DNA from: Phoronis australis
Taxonomy: Eukaryota; Animalia; Phoronida
Assembly: GCA_002633005.1 (NCBI GenBank)
Contig: NMRA01000311.1
Location: forward strand, 321,839 to 385,838
Reading direction: 5' to 3'
Length of the DNA stretch: 64,000 bases
Under the pieces are notes generated by a model. That model saw only the letters and a list, made by a program, of their open reading frames with translations, was not told the DNA's origin and searched no databases. Shown here piece by piece: positions 13,746-26,482 of this stretch. The position numbers were made by a program, and so were the translations under genes. Numbering within the stretch: the first letter of the stretch is position 1; each line of letters opens with the position of its first letter.

Positions 13746-15798
13746 AGGGCGTGTTTCTCGTAGAGTCTATTGTCTTCTGCCTATCAGTCTACGGATGGCT
13801 TAGCCTGTTTCACATAATCAGGATTGAGTTCAGCAGCTGTCTCGGACTTCGAGAAAAATATAGTAAAAATCACGTGCTCTAACTTAAAATACATGGCAAT
13901 ATCTCGCGAAGTCTTGCTTTTCTAGCGAGAATCTAACGTTATTGAACTCTACCCAGGCTAAAGGTCAGAAAATCTGTTTACAATTCTAAACCACGAGACA
14001 GAAGTCCATAGCCTGCACAGCAAAATACTAAACTTTAAAAGCTAAAAATCAACTTTTTTATAATCTTCGAGAATCAGGCCCCTGGAGTTAATTAACCTCA
14101 AAGATCTGGGGGCCACAAGTTCATAAAGATAAGGAACATACGATGGCAATACTGATTGGCAAACAAGAGATTATTACACAGATATTTACATGTTATTTAC
14201 TAACGACAATCAATGAAATCAATGAAAATTGAGGTGACGAGGGTCCTCAGTGGTGAATAAGCCACGGCCGTATATTTCATAGTAGGGCTACCAATCTTAT
14301 AGCTTAGGCCACGAGTACCCTGCAGTCACTTTACAATGCATTACTTTAATCCGAGCTTTAATTTAACATTCTTATCAGCTGTACAGCTTCGACTTCGGCA
14401 TCCGATTCCCATTTCTGCAGATTTCTATTGTCATTTATAATCTTCGACTTAATTTTAATAGGTCATATCCCACGTCACTTGATTCCGACTCTTTAATAGA
14501 CAAAGTGACCTCTGCATTAAAGCTGGGGTGTATGAAGGGCAGGAGGGAGGGGGGGGGGGGGTTCTCCCACTGAAAAGGTATGCGGGACGCCCAGAGGGGC
14601 AAATTTACATGACTGTTCTTTACGAATCGGTGTTTCCTGACCGCCAAGTTCTGCCTTCGAAAGGGTGCCCTTTCAGGCAAAAGTCCTTACTGAAGGGTTC
14701 ACTTTGGGAGTTCGAAACTCTACAAAAGATTTCTTTCTCCAATTACGCAAACCTACAGAACAATTTTGTTTCATATTATCTATGTTTCAAAAACTTGTTG
14801 CGAGTGATGTGCTCATTTTTGACAATCTCTTTTTGTACAGTTTCGGGCTTAGTAGGTTAAAAGTTCGACTCAGTCCAAAAGTCCATACGAAAGAGTTAGG
14901 TTTATTGAATTACCGCCTTAAAATGTGGTGTTTCCGGAACAAAAGCCTGCGAAAGGATGTCATGGAAGCTCCCGTCAAATAGATCCTTTTTTATGTCTGC
15001 TGTCTAAATGGGCCCGGTGAGAATCTTGATTTTACGGCTGCATTCCCCGTCAAAATATAGAGTGCCCCCCGGGACGGCCAGAAATGAACCACGGAGGGTG
15101 TGGATCGATGACTGGCCACATGCGGGTTTGACGTACCAGAACGCTGACAGATTTTCTCAGATACATTGAGGCAGCGACAAAGATAACAAACAAATATCGC
15201 AAACATCGATTGAGCATTCCGTCCTAAAGGTGTAATATCGTGGTGACAGCGAGTTATTGTGTTTGCACGGCCCAGGACGAGAAAATCTCCCAAATAAAGC
15301 ACGTGTCTGTTTCTGAAGTAATTTCGAACCATTTGTTTGCTACAAGTTGATGTGTACAGCTGTTTACATCATCAGTTGTAACATTTACACTTTGCTATTA
15401 TAGTTGTTACTTCAGTTTTCTTCTGTTTTAACTCAAGTCAAAATCAAGCCAACTCTCGAATAAAGCACATCATAGCCTTATAAAACCGGTACAAATGTCG
15501 ATGAAAAGGATAAAATATTAAAAATTATGAAGACAATGGCGATTTATTAATTCTAACCGATGTCACGGTGGTGCTGAACATTGTTGAAAATCAGGAAAGT
15601 GTCGGAATGCAGATTTTCCGTCCCGAATCCTGAGCCGTGACGATGCGTCGTTTCAGACACACGAGTTTCCCATACAAAAATTCGGACGGAAGAGCGAGCG
15701 AGAAAGAGGAAGAGAAAGAGGAGAAGTCTGGCTAAAACATAGTGTTTTCCCCAGTCTTTTTCTGTTTATGGGTTACACCTGTGAAATGGAACCGTAAG

Positions 15799-17534
15799 AT
15801 GGAACTCAAGTCGCACATTTTGTTTGTTTTCATCACGATTTTGAAGTTCGGTACAACAGTGGGTGAAAGACAGGTATGTTCTGGGAATTACACAATTAGT
15901 TGTAAACACAAATGGTGTTTTACTCGAACTTTCACATGTAGCCTAGTCGTCGCTTCCTTTCAAGTTGTACACAAGTCAGCAACAAGATTTTGAATCCGCG
16001 TAGGACCTTATCGACAAGTCTCTATTTAGCCAAATATCTATACAAAACTACAGCTTTGACTCGGTAAACTTAAAGTATACATTTTCGGAAAGTAGAAAAC
16101 TTGTGGAATTCGATTTACCCATGGGCAATCTGTCGTTGACCGGGTCACGTGACCATGTAAACTTTAAAAAAAGAGACATTGGAGGCAAAGCAGCGGTATA
16201 ATGTGACCAAATTCAATTTGATATAAATTTTCAAGATATGTCCAAAACGCAGTTATCGGTTATTTGTGCAACGCTTAAGTTTTTTTTTCAATAATTAAGA
16301 CAACCCTCATGCAAAAGTGGAGCATTTTAAAAAGAATGTCTAACTACGTTTTCGAGAACGCTGCATAAAGGACGGCATCTGAAAGTTTCAAATGAAGCAG
16401 TTCACCCATTTCTGAGATACGTGTTCCGAAATTATTCATTTTTCTATGACCCCTGCATAACCTGCTTAAAACATTTGTATCAGTTCATTCTGATTCTTAC
16501 CAACATCAAATTTTGCAAGTTTTTCATCTCTGAAGGTTAGCAAACGATACTTGATCTGATTATTAAAGATGAACAAGCGTATAATCTGGAAGGTGATTCG
16601 AACCTTCGTGAAAACTTTTCATTTGAAATTTCACTTGCCGACAAGGATGAAAAGGGAGTTAGTGGATGGCTTCAGCTGGACATAAAATACACTGATAAGA
16701 GCAAAATTTTAAATGAAATTTCTCCTACAATGCACGATGGTTATAAGCAATTGGTTCACGCAGGATGGTGCGAAGAATGTGCTATCAACAAGACACGATC
16801 ACTTTGATCGCCCTCTGCAAGTGAAGTTGAAGAATCGCCACGAGAGGTCGACGTCATCGCCGGTCATTTTCATGGTTAAAGATGGTAGTGTTACTCGAGC
16901 TCAAAATCTCATAAATGTGAGTTCCCTTGGCATTGTCAAGACGCTGGTGAAAAACAGCACGGTGTTAAAAATGTCTGACTTTATTCCGCAAATGAAATGA
17001 GATCTTGTTTCGGGATACATACATAGAGTACAACGGATGTTTCCGATTGTTGTCGGTCGTTTTCCAAATAATTCTATCAGGGCCCAGTTGCATAAAAGTT
17101 ACACGCCGTATAGCAACAATGACGTCGCATTATCACGCGCCACGTTGTTAGTGTTGAACAATTCACCTGACGTCATGTAACAATCAAACTTATCCAGCGG
17201 ATAACGTTTGAAGCTTTATGCAACTCAGCCCAGACGATTTAATAATCGAACAACGACGTCTTTTAATAAATTTAGAAGATGCGTCACGCGAAAATAGGCG
17301 TGAATAGTTAACAGTTTACAAGTGTTCGTCGATCATGTTAAATTAAAAGCATAAAATTTAATTTGGAATTTAAAAATGTGCAACTATACATACTACCAAA
17401 AAGTTCTACATTTTTACAACATTACTCTAACTTACAAGTGTTTGACCCATAATACCGTGTGCCCGACGGAAAGCCTTGCAAAAACCATGAACTCAATGGT
17501 TTCGCAAACCAAACACGTGTGTATGTGTGTGTGT

Positions 17535-17576
<42 letters not shown>

Positions 17577-20500
17577 GTGTACGTGATAGCATAAAGAAAC
17601 GTGTTCTGATGTTTTGTTTCTTTTTATCTCAATTGCACAGCTAACAATACCGGAGAAACGCCGCGGGAGTGAGGACAAAGGCCTGACAGTGTTATTCGGG
17701 GCATATGACGAGGACAGAGGTGACACTGTGACACCTTGGGCTACATCCAATATGGCTCAGCATGGCGATGTGTTCTTAGATCTGCAGTCAAACACAGCAC
17801 CAACTTGCACTGACGATAAATCTATAACAAACCCGGAAGTGTATATCCGTCGCCATCTTGTTCCATGTGATGTCCTGCCCAGTAGGAAGTCGGCGGAGAG
17901 GCTCTCTTGGTATACCGGACTGCTTAGCTATGCGCCGACGGAAGGTTTTCATGGGAACGATTCTTTTGATATTCTGATAAAAGATAACTTTGGGGGAAAC
18001 GAAGAGTTGATTACCTTTGCCCTACATGTTGTGGCGTATCCGTGTGAGAACGGGGCAATTTGTAAAGGTACGTCTTCACTGCAATCGTTTAATAATAAAA
18101 TCGGCGGCGGCAGCAGGAGTGGCGGCGGCAACAGCAGCGGCGGCAGCAGCAGCAGCGGCGGCAGCAGACTGAGCAATAGCCAGCCAGCTAGCTGTATGAA
18201 GACCATCGTCAAAATATATTTAGTATACGAGCTTTGTACCAAGGCTAACCGTGACTGAGCAATGAGTCTTTTCTGAGTAACGCAGATGAAGATAAAGACA
18301 GTATTTTACGACAATGCAAACGTAAGAATATCTACACTGTAACCTAAACGTCCTAGTTTAACATTATCATATTTCATGAAAATTTTCAAATAGTAAGTCC
18401 AGTACGTCTCCTTTTGATTTAGACCACTTACTGTTACAAAGTCGGCCTCATCTTGTTAATTGTTCAGACTGAGGGTAATTTATAGTTTTCAGAAGAACTA
18501 CAACTTATCCAGCGGTCTTTAAAAATGTAACAGATAAATGAACTTATTACTGTTGCACCGAACAAGATACGATGTAAGTAACAAGGTTTTTCTGACTCAT
18601 TCTTTCTAAAAAATATCAAAAAGTCACATTTCAATAAAATATGTGACGTACCAAATTGACTTCTCATTTCAGGGATCGACAATAATGATATCGCTTGTAC
18701 CAGCCTGTTAAGAACTAAAGGCTTCTTTGACCAAGGTTACGAGTGTGAGTGTCCCCCCGGATTCAGGGGCAAGACGTGCGAGGAAGATATTGACGACTGT
18801 TACTCCAGTCCCTGCAGCGCCCCCTATCAATGCTACGATATGATCGATGGATACAGGTTAGTCCAACTGCTTAGTCTTAGAGTCCATTTATCAAAGATCG
18901 CAAAAACGGCCGTAGCTAGAACCATTGAATGTTAGGTGATTATTTCCAGAGAATTCGGTTGAGATGTTCATTTTTTATAGACGTATCTTTCTTTTTTCCT
19001 GAATTTCACCCGAAAACACATGGTCATGTGACCCAATTAATGACAGATTGACAAAAAAATTAAATTCCTCTGGTATCCTACTTTCAGANTTTCATGAAAA
19101 TTTTCAAATAGTCATAAGCCCAGTACGTCTCCTTTTGATTTAGACCACTTACTGTTACAAAGTCGGCCTCATCTTGTTAATTATTCAGACTGAGGGTAAC
19201 TTATAGTTTTCAGAAGAACTACAACTTATCCAGCGGTCTTTAAAAATGTAACAGATAAATGAACTTATTACTGTTGCACCGAACAAGATACGATGTAAGT
19301 AACAAGGTTTTTCTGACCCATTCTTTCTAAAAAATATCAAAAAGTCACATTTCAATAAAATATGTGACGTACCAAATTGACTTCTCATTTCAGGGATCGA
19401 CAATAATGATATCGCTTGTACCAGCCTGTTAAGAACTAAAGGCTTCTTTGACCAAGGTTACGAGTGTGAGTGTCCCCCCGGATTCAGGGGCAAGACGTGC
19501 GAGGAAGATATTGACGACTGTTACTCCAGTCCCTGCAGCGCCCCCTATCAATGCTACGATATGATCGATGGATACAGGTTAGTCCAACTGCTTAGTCTTA
19601 GAGTCCATTTATCAAAGATCGCAAAAACGGCCGTAGCTAGAACCATTGAATGTTAGGTGATTATTTCCAGAGAATTCGGTTGAGATGTTCATTTTTTATA
19701 GACGTATCTTTCTTTTTTCCTGAATTTCACCCGAAAACACATGGTCATGTGACCCAATTAATGACAGATTGACAAAAAAATTAAATTCCTCTGGTATCCT
19801 ACTTTCAGAGCATATACGCTTGTGTGGAGTTAAAATCTATAGTTTTCTGCATGTAAGTATTTGGCTAAACACAAATACTTGCCAGTAGGGTCGCACATAG
19901 CAATAAGCGTATATCTCACCCTTGCTTCGGCCAGACGCCTTTTCTTTCTCACAAGAATTCTACATCTGAATCGGTAGACAAGCTGCCGGTATCAGGGGCT
20001 CGTTTTATGAAATAAGATAACCTATCTCCTACTTTATGTCAATCGCTTTTCGAATTAGACTATAAAGAAGATTCTTAAGTGTGTTTATCGTGACCCCCGA
20101 CCTGTTGACAGATAAAATAATTTTAACATAGTCGTCTTCAGTTGGACATTCACGGTCTAAATAATGTTCCATTCATGCACCGACGATACAAGGTGCGTTA
20201 CAATCTCGGTTTACAAAGATTTGGCATGATGTTGTTCATTGACAACAGATGGCATCTTATGATGCACATGTGTGCTCAAAATGCAAAATTTCCAAAAACC
20301 CACCACTGTAACAACACTTTAAGATAGGCAAGGCATCAACACATCGAACTTGAGAGTGTTCATTTTTCTAGTTGTGTGTGCCCGAGTAATCACAACAACT
20401 GCGGAACGGTATTAAAGAAATGGGAAACAGCAGCGCTCGTGGCGGGCATTGGACTGCTGGCGTCACTCTCTGCTATACTTGTGGTGGTCATACTGTCCAT

Positions 20501-21749
20501 GTGTCGACGGCGAAGGTAGGTCGACATCACTCATACACGTTTTACAAACATAAAACCAGCACTTTCTACAAAGTTGGATTTGAAATTTTCCTCAACACGA
20601 CGGCATCGGTTTTAACTTTCAGTTACACTGGGAGATTGATAACTGAATATTGAATTGGAGGCTTCAATTCATTCGCAGAGAAGGGCATACGTTTTCCTTT
20701 CCAATCAGCATATCAGACCGGCCTTTAATCATCCCAGACAGACATCCTTAGACAACACGATATAGAGTTCACAATTTCCATTGTTCGTTTGAACGGATAA
20801 TCTGAAATTTCTGGTGCCCTATGAAAAAATCAATGATGTGACTATAATTATTTTTGTCCACACAGTAGGTAGTCATCATGGATATACGAGTTATAGGCGA
20901 TTTATGACACTTCATAGTATTTAAGACCAAATTTGAAAACGGCCGAGACTCTTCAATTTGGAATTGAAGGCATTCAGTTATCGTAAAAAAATCAATACAG
21001 CAGCTTGATCATAGACTAGTGCTAAGAATAAGTTTTCTTGTCTAGTTTAATCTTAATCTACTTGATCAGCAAAAAGGTTTAAAAAGTTCCATTTACAAAA
21101 TGTTAGAAAAGTTATGGTCTCCGCCTATCGTAAGAGTAACTCAGATCTAAAAACATAATTGAAATGTGTACGTAGGAAATGTACTTTAGACTCGTTGAAA
21201 GACGCCGGTAAATTACAGGTCAAATTTATTTTTAATTTTAGGCGGAGAAATTCTGTCAAGGATATCGAGTCCGTTATTCCGTTGAAGAACTTGTCAAAAA
21301 CTGTGGATAATAGACCACGACATTCATATGCCAGACAAAAAGCGGAAAATGGAGCAAAATGTCATAAAGGAGACAAAGCGAAACAAATTGCTCCGCGAAG
21401 AAGTCACAACAAGGACAAGTCGGCTTCAATTACCGACCAAATGCGAAACATGAAGGAAAAACACCCCCTTGAGGCTTCAGACGACGATGACACAAGAAGT
21501 GAAGCGTCATACGGTGAGAGTTCTCGCAGCGTTACCGGAAGTTGGTCACCACCTCTAGCAGTTATCAATAGTAATGTTGGGTTACATAGGAACCACAAAC
21601 GGAAACGGGACGTTGGCCATGAAGAGGATGAAGAAGATAAAAGGAGACGAGCCCGTAACGACAGAGACGTCAAAGTTTCCATGGACAGTACTGTCATGTA
21701 CAGAAAAGGATGGGCTATGTTCACAAACAAAATTAACTTAAACGCCTGA
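15799..21749 (+). CDS. Uncharacterised single-pass type I membrane protein (~496 aa): signal peptide, Big_9/cadherin-like Ig domain, EGF, Ca-binding EGF, TM, basic cytoplasmic tail
   Basis: Exons 15799-15873 (MELKSHILFVFITILKFGTTVGERQ), 16764-16916, 17641-18067, 18673-18856 (duplicate at 19394-19577), 20372-20515 (TM AALVAGIGLLASLSAILVVVILSM then CRRRR), 21242-21749 (TGA). All GT-AG and phase-compatible using one copy of exon 4. cbEGF EDIDDCYSSPCSAPYQCYDMIDGYSCVCP; AATAAA at ~21839. Exons 1-2 are less certain than 3-6. Confidence 0.8.
17081..17230. mobile_element. Harbinger-type MITE
   Basis: TIR GGCCCAGTTGCATAAA / TTTATGCAACTCAGCC with CAG on both flanks. Confidence 0.6.
17517..17580. repeat. 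(GT)n microsatellite
   Basis: Direct inspection. Confidence 0.95.
18372..19809. repeat. ~720-bp direct duplication containing the EGF exon, copies joined at a single N (19089); probable haplotype/assembly artefact
   Basis: 18372-19088 and 19090-19809 are nearly identical (a few SNPs, one 3-bp indel). Confidence 0.85.
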
Positions 21750-24589
21750 AGGCTAGGACACCACTATAGTCCCCACTGGACAATCTTTGCACATCTCGAT
21801 CAGACAAAAGCATGCAATTAACATACCCAGAATTGTACAATAAAACTTCATTGACTTCCTCAGTTTCAAACTGCTGGTTTATGACCCTTAGTGACTGACT
21901 CATTATGTTGCCAGCAGAAGTAATGACTCATACTAGCTGTCTACTTTCTACTTTTAACACATTTCCTGTGCGATTATCAAAACTCGAAAACCTAGCCACG
22001 CGTGCTTTTCACGTGAACTATTCAAATACGCCATTTAAAAACTTTCACAATGGAAAATTGATAAACGCTATTGTCACGCCCCGCTTAATTACAACCACCG
22101 TGTTTGCATGGGCAATTTCGAACCCGAGTGATTAACTCAAGTTAGTCTCCAGAGAACGGTACTATCAGCTGGAGCTGCATTGTTCCTTTGAAGATAGCGG
22201 CGGATTTTAAGGTTAACGAATCGGTCACGTTACCCAGACACGACAGGTGAGGGTGTCAGCGAAGGATTCTTTTCAGTCGTGATTATCTAAAGCGGCTTAT
22301 TAAGTAAAGTGAGCACATTTTAAAATAAGTACACACCAAAACCAACTGTTTCTTTATGGCTTTATATCATGCTTGGGATCCGGCGGCATGTTCATCGCCA
22401 CCACACTACTTTGGTGTTCATGCCCTTTGCAAGGATTGTTCTAAACCCCCTCGAACCCCAAGCCCCACGACCGACGGCCCACAACCCCCTCGACCCAGTC
22501 TACACAAGTTCGACTCTATCTGAACATAGAACATTAGCGCCGACTTGCAGGACCAACAGGAGTCAGGCCGTGGGTTCGTCTGGCTTTTCCCCGTTTTTGC
22601 AATGAAGAGAGTCGATTCGGCAACTTTGAAGCCAAAAACGGAAAAAATACGCGACCAAATCAAATCAAAGACCTAACACTTTACACATCGTCTCGTTCCC
22701 GGCAGAGGGTAATCGTCTCGTCTGCTCTTCAGTGAGTGGTAGATTCAAGCTATTTTCTGGAGAGTGCGAGAAGGCTACAAATATTAATTTCTTCAGTAAA
22801 TACAGTTTCATTGAAAATGTTAACTAAACAAGCATCTCAAAAGTTACAATCATGTAGTATATTGTAAATGAGTAAAAGACAGAAAACAAATAATAAAAAT
22901 GTGACCGTTCTCTCCCTAAGTTTAGTAGAACCTTAGAAGAACAGGCCCATTGGTAGTCGCTCGTGCAACTATTTCAGTGACAACGATAATAATTCGCCAT
23001 TTCAGATCATGTTCTTACCCCAATTTTGTTTTTAACCACCAGTCTTGAGCCAGAGCAGATTCGCGTGTAGGTAAGGCTATGTCACTCAGCGATGCAGATT
23101 CATCTATTGACATAGGTCGTGGGTCGACATGGTAGTGGGGTGTGTGTGTCTGTGGGGGGGGGGGGTGGGTTTACACAATCCCATTTACGCACCGCAGTAC
23201 AACGCTACACTGTATAAGTAATGAGGCATTAAACTGAGTCAACCCTTCTTGGAACCCGAATTGTGGGTTTTTAGCTAACTTTTATCCCGTACTTTAGTCT
23301 CAGTTGCTTGATTTTATTGTTTTTTCTAGTTGATCAAGCACTTAAAAAGCAGTTTCGCAAATATTCAAGAAAAGAAGGACAAATCCTCCAGTTGAAAAAT
23401 AAAATTACCACTAGGGTACTCAGTCCGTGAGATTGTGTTGGCTGGTGATGACCTCTCCTAGGGAACATCACCGAGCCATGAGGATCAGGAACTGAGTTGA
23501 TCTATAGATAAAACACCAGGATGCCCAGACATAGTTATAAGGTAAATATTTGGGGCACCGATAATCCAGCAGAAATTTTCTTGATACTGAAGATTGGGAC
23601 ATGGGCGATTTTGGCGTTAAATACATTTGTCAGATTTCAGCTCTATACAAAAATTTGTCACCGTGGAGTGTTAAATAGACTTGGCAGTTAATAAAAGCAT
23701 CAGAAATAGCCACCAACGTAATGTTTTCATGGGTCCACATGGTCTGAAGTCACTGATTGTGAAAAATAGGCAAGCTCTTTTTAATGGCAACTTACAGTAA
23801 GACATGCTACCCGATGTTCACATAAGGGGTTTGTGAGCTCCATCTATTTATGGTTTCAAGTTGAAATTATTTTTAGCAAGGCTACTTGTCGCCGCGAAAG
23901 TCGAATCGCAGTAGTAAAAATGCCTCCACATAAACCTTAAGTTTGGTAACATTGCTTCTTCCAAAGATTTGGTGTTGAAAATCTGACAGAATGTGTTGCG
24001 AAGTGACATAAGTTCATTGCGTTGGAGTTGGAACCATAAAACTTTGTGACTGGAGTTTAACCCATAAACCAACTGTCCATCCGTAGACAAAGAGAACAAT
24101 ACAAGCAATGAAATTCAACACCAATGTTTTGATTTCTGATCAATTCGAACCCAACAAACTTCAGATGGTAAACGATGCATCCTTGTAGATTTTCAACACA
24201 ACATATTACCATATGCTTAAATGAGTATACAATAAAGACTACAACTTTACAAAAGCATGAGGATCACGCGTTTTCCTTCCGCCATAGATTACGAAAATAA
24301 GATGTTGACTTTTTGGCAAACCTGCACAACTGCCAGAAGCTTTGTATAGACAGATTCCATTACGGAAACTGCCGAAATCCTTGGGAGCGCCATATTGAGC
24401 TGGTCACGCCATTACAGGCATGATGCTAGACTAAACATTGGAGTCAGTACAGCCTGTCTGTAAAACGAGCCTTCTGAGCTGGTGTGCCTGCTCGTGTTTT
24501 GTATTTAGTACAGATCAGTTGATTTGAAATCATTGATGGGGGGGTGAAACCTAAAGCCAGTACAAATCACACAATACTGCAAAGTATAT

Positions 24590-24960
24590 GGATGCAATTG
24601 CACCAAAAATGGGTACACCATGTGTATCTAAGCATTTGGGGGGCAAGGGTAGTGACAAATACATTGTTCAAATAATCTGGACAAAGTAATGGCAGATAGA
24701 GGTTTTACTATTGATGAATTCCTACGACGAGTTACGTTAAACATACCAGCTTTCACCAAAGGCAAGTCACACCTTAGTAAAAAAGGTCTGACAAAAACAT
24801 CTATGGCGCATTTCCACAGTAAGAATCCATTTGCAGCGAGCAATACGGAGACTTAAAAGTTTTCAAATTTTTGAGTACCAGTATTCTAGTGTAAAGCACA
24901 GAATCCGTGGATAACTACTTGATTTTCTGTGCTGCATGTGAACCTACGTGCTGATCTAAT
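24590..24960 (+). pseudogene. Decayed Harbinger/ISL2EU-type DDE transposase fragment
   Basis: Frameshifted translation ...GGKGSDKYIV...DKVMADRGFTIDEFLRRVTLNIPAFTKGKSHLS...VRIHLQRAIRRLKSF matches the DDE_Tnp_4 signature (VMADRGF, LNIPPF, RIHVERAI). Confidence 0.75.
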
Positions 24961-26120
24961 CAGAGATCAAAATTTGGAAGACATGGACTAACGTCCGGAG
25001 TTTTTAAGTTGCCCATTCCAAGTGGTAACATGTACTGTTTCAAGAAATTTCTGAAAGTAAAATGCACGCAACCGTCCAACAGTTTGCTCAACAAAGCTTT
25101 CACTGTGTAGCACATCTACATCATAATAAAGTCATTGTCACGAACTTTAAAATTAGCGCCTACGTAAATAAAGGTGGTACTTCTGTTTTGACCAACAAAT
25201 GTGATCAAGGTCATTGTCAGTTGTGTACAGAACTAGTTTTGCTTTCTTAAGTCCAGTACAAAACATGGTTGTTGATACCATTTTTTAACTGGACTGCTTG
25301 ATGTGGGTATCACCAGGACAGTAATGTGGTGCATTGAAGTGAACTAAGTGACTCACGAAATCAATCTTAATAGCAGTTGTTAAGATTGTTTTAGTGATTC
25401 ACTAAGTTCAACTAATGGAGATCATACGAAATTCATCACAATGTTGCAATATTAGGAAATGGTTATTTGGCTCTGGGATGTTTCTGTGAACTCTGTGTCA
25501 TCCTGTTAAGAACGTGTGTGGATAGATTCCAGGGCACTGTTCAGCCTCAAGAAAGTAAACGAATCATAAGTAAGTACATGACCAACGCTGGAGCAGATCC
25601 ATTTGAAATAATTAAAACCCAACTTAGAATAATAAACAAACAACAAATTCGTGTCAGATCACATATTTAATAAAACACTGACCTTATACAACCCAGGAAT
25701 ATGACTTAGAATAGCTCACTACCATGCTGAACTGCTGTGCTGTTTATGTTTCGAGCATTCGTGTAATGGCTGACTTTTGTATGCGAAGCCTGTGGCTGTT
25801 ATGTAAACTATAGTACGAAGTTACACGATCTCTGTCTATAAGCAAGCTTCATGCCAAAGTCGCCTGAATAATTTGCGAATTTGGCGCATCAAAATGCGTT
25901 TTAAGAATTGCAAAGAGTAGTTTAGAAAAACAGTTATCACTTCATACAATAATTGCACTTTTCAAAAAACAGATTTCCCTAAATTACTAATAACTATACC
26001 GAAGCATATTAATCTGACCAAAACTTTTGACCATTTTAAAAAGTAATTTAGTTCAAAGTACCAAAGCCCCATTTCACATTAACAAATAGGCTTCTTTTGA
26101 AAAAATGCCTAATTTAAAGT

Positions 26121-26482
26121 GGCGAAAAGTGACGTATGAGAGGACGAAAAGTGACGTATGAGAAGACGAAAAGATATAAGAGGGGGAAAAATGGATTATG
26201 AGAGGGCGAATTGACATACATGTATCAGAGGGCGAAGTGATGTATGACAGGGCGAAAAGTGAGATATGAGAAGGCAAAAATGGGGTGAGAAGGCGAAAAG
26301 TGACCTATGTGAGGGCGGAAACTGGAGTAGAGAGGGTGAATAGTGAGCTATGAGAGGGCCAAAAGTGGGATATGAGAGGGCAAAAATGGGGTATGAGAGG
26401 GTGAAAGTGGGGTATGAGAGGGAGAAAAATGGGGTATTAGAGGGTGAATAGTGGGGTATGAGAGGGCGAAAAATGGGGTATG
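26121..26482. repeat. Degenerate purine-rich minisatellite, ~17 units of 19-22 bp (GGCGAAAAGTGRGGTATGAGAG)
   Basis: Direct tandem periodicity; explains ORFs 26074..26277(-) and 26196..26561(-). Confidence 0.9.

Noticed and set aside
18068-18258. Gly/Ser-rich C-terminus of ORF 17614..18258
   Set aside because: Read-through past the donor at 18067 into an intronic (GGC/AGC)n tract.
18464-19403. Two near-identical 72-aa minus-strand ORFs as duplicated small genes
   Set aside because: Antisense intronic frames within the 720-bp duplication; no recognisable motif.
26121-26482. G-rich array as telomeric or iteron-like repeats
   Set aside because: Degenerate 19-22-bp minisatellite without TTAGGG-type units.
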